DNA from: Candidatus Poribacteria bacterium | Lineage (GTDB): Bacteria > Poribacteria > WGA-4E > WGA-3G | Reading direction: 5' to 3' | Length of the DNA stretch: 64,000 nt | NCBI GenBank assembly: GCA_965215265.1 | Contig: OZ244048.1 | Coordinates: 3,392,001-3,456,000 of the forward strand | Part shown: one piece after another, positions 47,724 to 56,479 of the stretch | How the letters are laid out: every line of letters begins with the position of its first letter | How positions within the stretch are numbered: the stretch's first letter is position 1 | The notes under the pieces: generated by a model | Told to the model about the DNA's origin: nothing | Databases searched by the model: none | What the model saw: only the letters and a program-made list of their open reading frames with translations | Position numbers and translations under genes: made by a program

Positions 47724-48569
47724 CTAATTCAATGTTTCCAGACGAGAGATTAACGCCTGATACAAGGTTTCAACGGTTTCATCAGGTATTTCGGAGACTC
47801 CTGCTTCCGTAATGATGCTGACGGTTGGAAAAATTTTCCGGATGAGATCTGGTCCTCCCGTAGCAATGTCTTCATCGGCGGCATCCCAAAGTGCTTCAGC
47901 AACTATTTGAAGTGCGGTTTCTTGGGGCATCCCGGGCCGGTAAAGTTTCTTAAGTGTTGCCCGGGCATCCTTACCGCCGGAACCGATGGCGTAAAACTCG
48001 CTTTCCTCGTAACGTCCGCCGATTGCGTCATATTTAAAAATTCGTCCGCGCTGCTGCTTCAAATCGTACCCTGTAAAGAGTGGCAAAACGATTAAGCCTT
48101 GCATAGCGAGACTCAAATTTGAACGGACGAGGTGTGATAGGAAATTTGCCTGGCCATCCAGACTGAGACTGATGCCTTCGGTTTTTTCGTAGAATTCGAC
48201 TTCAACTTGGAAAAGTTTCGCCATCTCAATGCAGGGTGCGGCGGCACCTGCGACAGCGATGGCAGCGTGCCGGTCAATTTGATAAACCTTTTGAATTCTG
48301 CGTTCGCCAACCTGATAGCCTTCAGTTGCTTGCCGGTCACCTGCGATAACGACACCTGTGTTATAGACAACAGCTAGGACCGTTGTCCCTTCGTACCAGG
48401 GGGGCGTTTCGCCAGGGTGCGGTGGCATAGCGGTATTGGCTCCGGTGGTTCTCTTGGAATGTGCCTGCGTTTCAGGCGTATGCCCAGTTAAATGCGTTAG
48501 CAATTCCGGGTGCCGCCGTTTCAAAATTTGGAAGAAACCGGACGTACCGTAATCACCAAGGTCGAGCAA
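47724..48569 (-). CDS. prcB: 20S proteasome beta subunit with propeptide
   Basis: G|TTVLA cleavage site, AGDRQAT, GSGG, DIATGG. Confidence 0.93.
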   Translation of the reverse strand: MLDLGDYGTSGFFQILKRRHPELLTHLTGHTPETQAHSKRTTGANTAMPPHPGETPPWYEGTTVLAVVYNTGVVIAGDRQATEGYQVGERRIQKVYQIDRHAAIAVAGAAAPCIEMAKLFQVEVEFYEKTEGISLSLDGQANFLSHLVRSNLSLAMQGLIVLPLFTGYDLKQQRGRIFKYDAIGGRYEESEFYAIGSGGKDARATLKKLYRPGMPQETALQIVAEALWDAADEDIATGGPDLIRKIFPTVSIITEAGVSEIPDETVETLYQALISRLETLN

Positions 48570-48571
48570 TT

Positions 48572-48769
48572 CTACTGCCCTCCCCGTTGGATATAGTTTT
48601 CAACAAATTCCTCGGAGTCTTCTTCCAAAATCTCGTCAATTTCGTCCAGAAGTGCGTTTAAATCTTCGGCGAATTCCTCGTCCAGCTCCTGATTTTCAGG
48701 GATATGTTGGATGTCCTTGGTGTCATCCACGTGTTGCTCATTGAGTTCCTGCTGTTTTTCGACTGACAT
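48572..48769 (-). CDS. pup: Prokaryotic ubiquitin-like protein Pup
   Basis: LLDEIDEILEE..EEFVENYIQRGGQ; 65 aa, acidic. Confidence 0.95.
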   Translation of the reverse strand: MSVEKQQELNEQHVDDTKDIQHIPENQELDEEFAEDLNALLDEIDEILEEDSEEFVENYIQRGGQ

Positions 48770-48836
48770 TGTATTCCCCTTAGTTTAAATAGGCGCGTAA
48801 TGTCCGCGCACAGCGTGTTAAATTCTACTCTATAGA

Positions 48837-50318
48837 CTATTTTGAGGCAGTTTCTTTGATTTTCTTAACAAGTTCTTCTGCTGTACAGGTATGCAGCAGC
48901 TCGCCGACAATCTCTTGTGTGCCGAAGTGCGGACGTTCCATCATGATTTTGTCAAACCCTTTTTCGGCTTTAAAAACCAAGGAATTCCAACTGGCACTGT
49001 GAATGTGATTCGGGAATTTTCGCAAACAGGTGCCGCGAAAGTACGCCCGAGTATCTATAGGTGGATAATGCATTGCCTGAACGGTTTCCTCTGGTGTAAG
49101 TAACCGTTTGACATGCCCATTTTTAAGTAACCTGAGATAAAGTCCTTTATCTGGACGAATGTCATGATACTGCAAGTCCAACATCTGTACCTGTGCGTCT
49201 GTCCATTTGAATCCGTGTCGGTTTTTATATGCGTCAATTAGTTTCTTTTTTATAATCCAGTCAAGATATTGGCTGAGCCGGTTCGGATTGATTTCTAAGC
49301 CATCCAGTACATAGGCCCATTTTTCGAGAACATCTTGGACAACAGGGGTGCGTTCTTCTATTGAGAGATGTGCCTGTGCCAGTTCAAGGTAGGCACGTTG
49401 TATTTCAATGGGGTTCCGTTCCTGTCCATCCATCAGTTGAATTGGGTTTTTACAGGATAAATCGCGCGAGATGCTTTTTATAGCGGCGACCGGATCCTTT
49501 AACCTGAACTGCTCTCCGACAACGCCTTTCTCTATTAACTGTAAGACGATAGCAGTCATTCCTATCTTCAAGTAAATGCTGAATTCGGACATGTTGGCAT
49601 CGCCAACGATGACGTGCAACCGGCGATAGAGTTTTTCATCGGCATGCGGTTCATCACGTGTGTTAATCAACGGCCGGTCCATCATGGTTCCGAGTCCGAC
49701 CTCTTTTTCAAAGAAATCGGCGCGTTGCGACAGTTGGTATTCTGTTTGAGTTGTCCCATTTTCAGCACCGACTTTGCCGCTCCCAGTAATGATGATGCGT
49801 GTAACGAGGAAAGGCGTGAGGCCATTCACGATGGCATCAAAGGGCAGCTGGCGCGACATAAGATAGTTTTCATGGTACCCGTAACTATGCCCTTTGTAAT
49901 CTGTATTATTTTTGTAGATGATAATTTCTTGGTTGTCTAATAAAAGCTGCTCGGCTGCAGCCCGGCTGACTTCCAAAATTAATTCGCCTGCCTTTTCGTA
50001 TTGCAGCAAAGTCCGTGCATTTGTACATTCCGGGGTGCAGTACTCCGGGTGCGCGTGATCGACGTAGTAACGTCCTCCGTTTACTAAAATGTCGTTGATA
50101 GCATTGTCATTTAAGTGGTTACTTTCTGCTTCCACCATAAACCCGCGTGCATCCATCAATGGTTGTTCTTGTTCATAATCCCAGGTGGCGGTTCTGACAC
50201 TTCCGGTTTTATAGGCGTTGACAACCAAAGTTGAAGCGGCAACTGGGTCTTGTTCTCGTGCGTTTTTAACCGAGATACCGTACTCGGTCTCTGTTCCGAT
50301 GATCGTTGGTATGTCCAT
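48837..50318 (-). CDS. dop: Pup deamidase/depupylase
   Basis: GTETEYG, WDYEQEQPLMDARG Dop loop, YVDHAHPEY, NNTDYKGHSYG; directly upstream of pup. Confidence 0.92.
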   Translation of the reverse strand: MDIPTIIGTETEYGISVKNAREQDPVAASTLVVNAYKTGSVRTATWDYEQEQPLMDARGFMVEAESNHLNDNAINDILVNGGRYYVDHAHPEYCTPECTNARTLLQYEKAGELILEVSRAAAEQLLLDNQEIIIYKNNTDYKGHSYGYHENYLMSRQLPFDAIVNGLTPFLVTRIIITGSGKVGAENGTTQTEYQLSQRADFFEKEVGLGTMMDRPLINTRDEPHADEKLYRRLHVIVGDANMSEFSIYLKIGMTAIVLQLIEKGVVGEQFRLKDPVAAIKSISRDLSCKNPIQLMDGQERNPIEIQRAYLELAQAHLSIEERTPVVQDVLEKWAYVLDGLEINPNRLSQYLDWIIKKKLIDAYKNRHGFKWTDAQVQMLDLQYHDIRPDKGLYLRLLKNGHVKRLLTPEETVQAMHYPPIDTRAYFRGTCLRKFPNHIHSASWNSLVFKAEKGFDKIMMERPHFGTQEIVGELLHTCTAEELVKKIKETASK

Positions 50319-50361
50319 AATGAGTAAGCGTGCTTTGGATGCCCGCTAAATCTATTCCGTT

Positions 50362-50495
50362 TTCGTATATCTCCGTACCATCAACGTCTATGTTTTGATA
50401 ATTCGTGTTTTTGTATATCTCCGTACCATCAACGCTTATGTCGTGGGTACTCGTGTGTAAATCTCCTCTGAGCCATTCTAGGTTATGATTCCTCA
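50362..50495. repeat. Palindromic element copy C (arc|dop spacer), left arm duplicated at 48-bp period, right arm missing
   Basis: GTATATCTCCGTACCATCAACG at 50365-50386 and 50413-50434; AAATCTCxTCxGAGCCxTTC..TGATTC matches copy B. Confidence 0.85.
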
Positions 50496-50526
50496 GAGGG
50501 AACTCTCGGAACTGTGCCTTTCTGTG

Positions 50527-52338
50527 TTATAAGAACGTCCCGCCTCGCGTGACTCGAACATCCTGCTTTCTCTCGCGTGCGGGTTCATTCATCAAGGCAC
50601 GGATATTGACTATTTTCTCGCCCTTTCGGCCTGAAATCTTTGCCCAGTCATCCGGATTCGTGGTATTGGGCAGATCTTCATTCTCGCGGTACTCTTCCCG
50701 GATAGCACTTTTCATATCGGCGATTGACAACCCTTTTTCTTCTCTATCTGAGCTGATAAAGCGTTTAATCGCTGCTTTTTTGGCGCGTGAGACAATGTTT
50801 TCAATCATTGCTCCACTGACAAAATCCTTGAAAAAGAGCGTTTCTCGCTCGCCGCGTGCGTAAGTTACCTCAATAAACCTATTTTCATCAGTGCTCGCGT
50901 ACATTTCATCGGCTGTCTCCTCAATGAAATGCTGTGTGAGTTGCTCCATATCTCCATTAAACCGTTCGATTTCGTCTTTGGCGAATGGAAGTTCAGGCGT
51001 GAGATATATAGCGAAAATATCTTTTGCTCCTTCAAGCGTGGGCCGGTCAATTTTAATTTTAATATCCAGGCGTCCCGGGCGCAACACGGCCGGATCGAGT
51101 AGGTCTTGGCGGTTGCTTGCCCCGATAACAATGACATCGTGTAGGTTTTCTACACCGTCAATTTCGGAGAGGAACTGCGGTACCAAGGTTGATTCCATAT
51201 CGGAAGAGATTCCGGTGCCTCTGGATCGAAATAGCGACTCCATTTCATCAAAGAAGATAATAACCGGGAAACCTTCTCTAGATTTTTCGCGTGCTTTTTG
51301 AAAAACTTCTCTGATTTTGCGCTCGGTTTCACCGACGTACTTATTAAGGAGTTCCGGGCCCTTGATGTTAATGAAATAGCTGCGCACGTCCTCCCTGCCG
51401 GTTTGTTGACGAACGCGTTCGGCTATCCCACTTGCAACTGCCCGGGCTATCAAGGTTTTTCCACAGCCTGGTGGGCCATAGAGCAGCACGCCCTTGGGTG
51501 GCTTAAGTTTGAATTCCTGATATTCTTCCTGATAGAGGTATGGCATCTCGATTGCATCGCGGATTGCTTCGATCTGTGTGTTCAGCCCGCCGATGTCTTC
51601 GTAGCCGATATCTGGAACTTCTTCAAGGAGCAGATCTTCGACCTCCCGTTTGGGGAGTTTTTCCATAACCATGCCACTGTGTGAGTCAATGAGAACGTTA
51701 TCGCCTAACTTTAAAGTCTCATCTTTGAGCGTTCCCGCGAGTCGGACGACGCGTTCTTCATCCGTGCGGAGACTTACGATGGCGCGTTCTCTAGTGATGC
51801 GTTCTTTAATTTTTACGACATCACCGTGCTGTTCAGCGGGGTTGACCCCAATGACGTTCATGCCGCTATTGACGATAACCTCTTGGCCGACTTGAATGTC
51901 TTGTGTTTTGAGTGCCGGATCCAACCGGACGCGCCACTTCCGGCCGCTGATGTCAACATCCACAGTCTTATCATCATTCCATGCGAGGAAAACCCCGTAA
52001 TTATTAGGAGGTGCGCTGAGTTCCTCAACTTTCTCCTTGAGGAATTCCAACTTTTCTTTCGCTTCTTGGAGTGTGGCTGTCAACTTCCTGTTGCGCCGGT
52101 GTGCCGCCATGAGTTCACGTGTCATTTCATAGAGACGTGCATCAGTATCTTCGGCACGGGCAACGCGTTTATGGCTCTTTAGTGCTTCGTTTTCAGTTTC
52201 AAGCCTCTCTATTGTCCATTTAAGTTCCCGAATCTGCTGTTGATACCACGCTTCTTCGGATGTTGCTTCCTCCGAATTGGGTTCTTCAACGAGTTCGTCA
52301 AGGAAAGAATCCTGGGAATTTTCGTTTCTGATCGCCAT
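50527..52338 (-). CDS. arc: Proteasome AAA+ ATPase ARC/Mpa
   Basis: Coiled coil + PP + OB domains, GPPGCGKT, FFDEME, DLPNTTNPDDWAKISG. Confidence 0.95.
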   Translation of the reverse strand: MAIRNENSQDSFLDELVEEPNSEEATSEEAWYQQQIRELKWTIERLETENEALKSHKRVARAEDTDARLYEMTRELMAAHRRNRKLTATLQEAKEKLEFLKEKVEELSAPPNNYGVFLAWNDDKTVDVDISGRKWRVRLDPALKTQDIQVGQEVIVNSGMNVIGVNPAEQHGDVVKIKERITRERAIVSLRTDEERVVRLAGTLKDETLKLGDNVLIDSHSGMVMEKLPKREVEDLLLEEVPDIGYEDIGGLNTQIEAIRDAIEMPYLYQEEYQEFKLKPPKGVLLYGPPGCGKTLIARAVASGIAERVRQQTGREDVRSYFINIKGPELLNKYVGETERKIREVFQKAREKSREGFPVIIFFDEMESLFRSRGTGISSDMESTLVPQFLSEIDGVENLHDVIVIGASNRQDLLDPAVLRPGRLDIKIKIDRPTLEGAKDIFAIYLTPELPFAKDEIERFNGDMEQLTQHFIEETADEMYASTDENRFIEVTYARGERETLFFKDFVSGAMIENIVSRAKKAAIKRFISSDREEKGLSIADMKSAIREEYRENEDLPNTTNPDDWAKISGRKGEKIVNIRALMNEPARERKQDVRVTRGGTFL

Positions 52339-52435
52339 ACGTGAGGTTCTCACTTTCTAAAGCGACGTATGAGATTGCCTGGGCTGAAGGCTGTCTCGCT
52401 ACGTCGAAGGAATACAAATCAGTCACATTTATCAG

Positions 52436-52464
52436 AGTATAGCATGTCAAAAAAATTGTGTCAA
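52436..52464 (-). promoter_or_regulatory. Sigma70-type promoter of the proteasome operon
   Basis: TTGACA-N17-TATACT on the minus strand. Confidence 0.75.
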
Positions 52465-52574
52465 GAAAAAGTATGCGACAGAGACAGCTGAGTTAGTTGT
52501 TTCTATCTCGCTTTGCTTTTCCTTCAATTTGAACCAATCAGGCATGCATACCGACACCTTTCGTGGTGGAATTG

Positions 52575-53630
52575 TTATGACTTATCTTGATCCGGAACGT
52601 CTTCGGTTTCAGAAGGGAGTTCGCCGGCGCTAGCAGAAGGAGATAGGTTAAAACTTGCTCGAATTTTGGATTCGATTGCCTCGGCAACCTCCGGGTTATC
52701 CTCAAGGTAAGTTTTGACGTTATTTCTGCCCTGGCCAATCCGTTCTCCGTTATAGGCGAACCAGGAACCGCTTTTTTGGATGAATTCATTCTCAACAGCG
52801 ATGTCTAGTAGATTCCCTTCTTTAGAGATACCTTTGCCGAAGGTTACATCAAATTCAGCCTCTTTAAACGGCGGTGCGACCTTGTTTTTGACAACTTTGA
52901 CTCGGACGCGATTTCCGAGGATGTCGTTACCTGCTTTGATTTGCTGAGATCTAAGAATCTCTAAGCGAATAGAGGTATGGAATTTCAGCGCGAGCCCACC
53001 GGGTGTAGTGTTTGGGTTGCCGAACATCACGCCAATTTTTTGACGGATCTGGTTTGTAAAAATCACACAAGTTTGGGATTTATTTGTGATACCAGACAGT
53101 TTACGTAGTGCTTTAGACATCAAGCGTGGCAGCAATCCGACGTGTGCATCGCCCATTTCACCTTCAATTTCGGCTTGCGGTGTGAGTGCTGCGACAGAAT
53201 CAACAACGACTACGTCAATCGCGCCGCTGCGGATCAAGGTTTCCACAATCTCTAACGCCTGCTCTCCTGCATCCGGTTGGGCAATGAGCAGATTTTCCAT
53301 GTTCACCCCGATGTTACGGGCGTATGTGGTATCCAGGGCGTGTTCAACGTCAATAAATACGGCAGTTCCGCCCAATTTTTGTGCTTCCGCCACAATGTGG
53401 AGTGCCAAGGTCGTTTTGCCGGTGCCTTCGTGTCCGTAAATTTCAACGATTCTGCCGCGCGGCACTCCTCCGACACCAAGTGCCAAATCAAGAGCCAAGG
53501 AACCTGTCGGAATAGCGTTGACAGGGACTACCTCACTGTCTGTAAAACGCATAATTGAACCTTTGCCGAATTCACGTTCAATTTGCGAAATCGCCTGGTC
53601 AATCACTTTCTGTTTGTTTTCATCTAACAT
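52575..53630 (-). CDS. recA: Recombinase RecA
   Basis: [38 protein letters not shown]. Confidence 0.98.
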   Translation of the reverse strand: MLDENKQKVIDQAISQIEREFGKGSIMRFTDSEVVPVNAIPTGSLALDLALGVGGVPRGRIVEIYGHEGTGKTTLALHIVAEAQKLGGTAVFIDVEHALDTTYARNIGVNMENLLIAQPDAGEQALEIVETLIRSGAIDVVVVDSVAALTPQAEIEGEMGDAHVGLLPRLMSKALRKLSGITNKSQTCVIFTNQIRQKIGVMFGNPNTTPGGLALKFHTSIRLEILRSQQIKAGNDILGNRVRVKVVKNKVAPPFKEAEFDVTFGKGISKEGNLLDIAVENEFIQKSGSWFAYNGERIGQGRNNVKTYLEDNPEVAEAIESKIRASFNLSPSASAGELPSETEDVPDQDKS

Positions 53631-53727
53631 ACTTCAGAATTTCTCCTTATCTCTGTTTTTATGACGGACTGTAGGGTAATCCAGGCTATATTTGCCTAGT
53701 AGAATGAAAACTATCGAGATGCAAGGT

Positions 53728-54330
53728 TCATCCTACTAACGAAGTATTCTGGAACTGAACAATTTTTAGGGGTGTATAGATTGCCCCTGTAGGATGCAAC
53801 CGGCTTTGCATGAACGTAATTTCATGCACTGTCATGGTAGCTTCATCAATTGTATCATATTTCTTAAAAAGATGCAGAAGCGGTTTTAGATTGACTCGGT
53901 TTCTGAGCCTCGCAAGCGTCAGATGCGGGTGAAATCTATTTTCGCTTGAGTATCCTAAGTAATTTAGTTGACGATTTATAGATGCTGCCAGCCGTGCCAC
54001 AGCTGTCGCACCTGATTTGATTCCCACCCATACAACTCGCGGATGGGACATATTGGGAAATGCACCGATGCCACCGAATTCTATCTGGAACGGAGCTTGC
54101 GTCGCTGTAGCTGCTTGCAGGGCAGTGCTCACCTCTCCAACGGCTTCAGTCTGGATATCCCCGAGGAACTTCAAAGTGAGGTGGAAATTTCCGGACTTTG
54201 TCCATGATGGCTTACCCCCGGCTATCTGCGGCTCCTCGTGTAGCTGCTGCTGTATAGCAAGCAGTAGGTTCTGAATTGCTCTCGGTATTTCAACGGCTAC
54301 AAAACAGCGAATTGGTGATTCTGACTTCAT
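53728..54330 (-). CDS. thpR: RNA 2',3'-cyclic phosphodiesterase
   Basis: Two HxT motifs (HLTLKFLG, PHLTLAR). Confidence 0.93.
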   Translation of the reverse strand: MKSESPIRCFVAVEIPRAIQNLLLAIQQQLHEEPQIAGGKPSWTKSGNFHLTLKFLGDIQTEAVGEVSTALQAATATQAPFQIEFGGIGAFPNMSHPRVVWVGIKSGATAVARLAASINRQLNYLGYSSENRFHPHLTLARLRNRVNLKPLLHLFKKYDTIDEATMTVHEITFMQSRLHPTGAIYTPLKIVQFQNTSLVG

Positions 54331-54947
54331 ACATCGGCTCCGGGATCATATCCGTTTGTTGATTGCATCAAATCGTATAAGAACTTGCGATTTCTAACAA
54401 TGAATTCTAAGCCTGAAACAACTGTGAACACCAGCGGGATGTACATCATAAAATAGATAGGCCCGCGTGCCTGAACGATGAAGGTGCTATCATCCCAGAA
54501 TGTCAGCAAAGCAAGGCTAATCAAAATAACAATCAGTTGGGATAGCATCTTGTATTTCCCGAATTTATTGGCTGATACTACCTGTCCGTACTTTGTTACA
54601 AAGATGACGCGCAGTCCTGTCACCACAAATTCACGTCCAATGATGGTTACAACCATCCATGCTGGAACTAAACCCCCTTCAACGTCTTTAAAACGGGTTA
54701 AACAGATTAACGCTGCCGCCACTAACAACTTATCGGCGAGCGGATCCATGAATTTTCCGAAGTCGGTTACGCCCTGTTTTCGTGCAATTTTGCCATCAAG
54801 ATGGTCGGTTACTGCAGCAAAACTAAAAACGATAAGTGCAGGAAGCATCTGATTTGCTCGAAAGCAGAGCATCAACGGTGGCACCAGTAACAGACGTAAA
54901 AGCGTTAAGAGATTTGCCAACCGTAAAAGCGTCCGGAAATTCACCAT
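54327..54947 (-). CDS. pgsA: CDP-diacylglycerol--glycerol-3-phosphate phosphatidyltransferase
   Basis: TDHLDGKIARK..FGKFMDPLADK. Confidence 0.92.
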   Translation of the reverse strand: MVNFRTLLRLANLLTLLRLLLVPPLMLCFRANQMLPALIVFSFAAVTDHLDGKIARKQGVTDFGKFMDPLADKLLVAAALICLTRFKDVEGGLVPAWMVVTIIGREFVVTGLRVIFVTKYGQVVSANKFGKYKMLSQLIVILISLALLTFWDDSTFIVQARGPIYFMMYIPLVFTVVSGLEFIVRNRKFLYDLMQSTNGYDPGADV

Positions 54948-54992
54948 ATTTTGCCGTGCACCGTTCTAAATTTATGTTTTAAAAGCCGTAAA

Positions 54993-55739
54993 TTATTCAT
55001 CAGAGAGATCTATTATTTCAGCATCTTTCGGCACGACAAACGTGAAGATCTCTGGGGTTAACTTCTTATCACGTTCAATCTTCTTGAGCGCGACAATTAC
55101 ACTTTGTGTGGTGCCATCGTCAAATTCGGTTTTGTAGCCAAATTGCACAGGCAGCCATTCGCCTGCTTTGACCCAGATTTCAACGGTTTCCTGAGTGATT
55201 GCAACAGTTGTTTGCGGTGTTGATGGACTGACTAAGTGCGCTTTGGGCGTTAACCGGATTTGATGGATGCCTTTCGGGTTTGCCACTTCATCGGGAACGA
55301 TTACCATGTCATAGTTTTTTGGCACATCCTCAAGTGATTCTCCAATGCCTGGCAATAATTCCTTGCGCACAGAGTTTTTCAACTTCATCTTATTGACTTG
55401 ATTGAGCAACGGTGTGTACGTCCATCCGTACTCACCGTCTAAAACGGTCAACTGGACGATTTTTGAGCTATCTTTTCGGTCAACATATTCCTTACGAAGG
55501 AGATTTGGTTTCCCAAACACTAACCGCCCGCGTGCAACGTTTTCCCTATTCGCGAACAACGTTGTCTCCTCAAATTCGGCACTGAAATTCTCAGATTTCG
55601 TATATGCTGCTTTGAAATTCTGAAAAATTTCTTCAACGGTATAGACATCAGATTCTTCGCTATCTGTGCTGGTAAGCAGTGCAGAAGTTAGTAAGACTGA
55701 AAAGAGCATTAACAGGATGCCCCAATAGATTTTTCTCAT
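54993..55739 (-). CDS. lolA: LolA-like lipoprotein carrier
   Basis: Signal peptide, FSAEFEE, KPNLLR, DGEYGWTYTP, FTFVVP. Confidence 0.75.
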   Translation of the reverse strand: MRKIYWGILLMLFSVLLTSALLTSTDSEESDVYTVEEIFQNFKAAYTKSENFSAEFEETTLFANRENVARGRLVFGKPNLLRKEYVDRKDSSKIVQLTVLDGEYGWTYTPLLNQVNKMKLKNSVRKELLPGIGESLEDVPKNYDMVIVPDEVANPKGIHQIRLTPKAHLVSPSTPQTTVAITQETVEIWVKAGEWLPVQFGYKTEFDDGTTQSVIVALKKIERDKKLTPEIFTFVVPKDAEIIDLSDE

Positions 55740-55835
55740 AGCCAGCCGGTCCCTATATAGTCAGAAACATTTACCCTGCATTCGTAAGCAGTGTGCTGTT
55801 AAAGTTGCAAGTGTCTGCTTAATTGATTCTAAAAT

Positions 55836-55865
55836 AGTATAGCATGCTTTGTTTTCCGATGTCAA
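55836..55865 (-). promoter_or_regulatory. Sigma70-type promoter
   Basis: TTGACA-N18-TATACT on the minus strand. Confidence 0.6.
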
Positions 55866-55897
55866 TCTTAATTTTGGGTTTTTGCCAATATATTCGA

Positions 55898-56416
55898 TTA
55901 ACGTTCCGTCGCTACCGCTTTTTCGATGTCTGTTTTCGTGGCAGGCAGTCGGAGCCAGTCGGTAAGTGCAATTTCGAAACCAGCGGTTTCCTCTAACGCG
56001 CACGCGACGAGACGTTCTAAAGTTTCGGTGACGCGACTATCTCGAAAGATTGCCTGGAACCAGATAGCGAACGTTTTAATGGCATCGGCGGATGCAGCAA
56101 ACGTCCAAAAAACAACCCGACAAAAACCGTGCCCTTCCTCAATCCGCTGCTGTGAAATCCAAACGTGCTTAGGAAATCCCTGAAAAAGAGGCAGCAGTTC
56201 CGCAATTAAACTACAGAGTTCTGTATTCAGATACGGCATGTCAGGCTGTATATCCTCTAGGCTGTCGCTGGGCTCTGTACAACCGGCTGCATCCTCAAGG
56301 AGCTCAAAGTGGATTGCATATTTGTGTGCATGAAGCGGCGGTTCAGTGCCTTGAAGTAGTGCTTGTTCTTTTTTATTACGGAATAACAAATTTTCTTCCT
56401 CTGCTGACGTGGACAA
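55898..56416 (-). CDS. Hypothetical protein
   Basis: 172-aa ORF filling the gap divergent from metH; no family recognised. Confidence 0.55.
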   Translation of the reverse strand: MSTSAEEENLLFRNKKEQALLQGTEPPLHAHKYAIHFELLEDAAGCTEPSDSLEDIQPDMPYLNTELCSLIAELLPLFQGFPKHVWISQQRIEEGHGFCRVVFWTFAASADAIKTFAIWFQAIFRDSRVTETLERLVACALEETAGFEIALTDWLRLPATKTDIEKAVATER

Positions 56417-56479
56417 AACTCACTTTATATGATATAGTATATACACAAATGCATCATAATATCAACAATACAGGGAACA

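Noticed and set aside
48572-48769. UBact assignment
   Set aside because: The GGQ terminus and LLDEID..LEE..EEFV core are Pup features.
47697-50434. Recombinase-driven invertible dop-pup-prcB segment
   Set aside because: The inverted match is explained by the arms of a palindromic element and no invertase is nearby; not excluded without reads.
53728-54947. Absence of cinA between pgsA and thpR-recA
   Set aside because: Common gene-order variation; no remnant visible.
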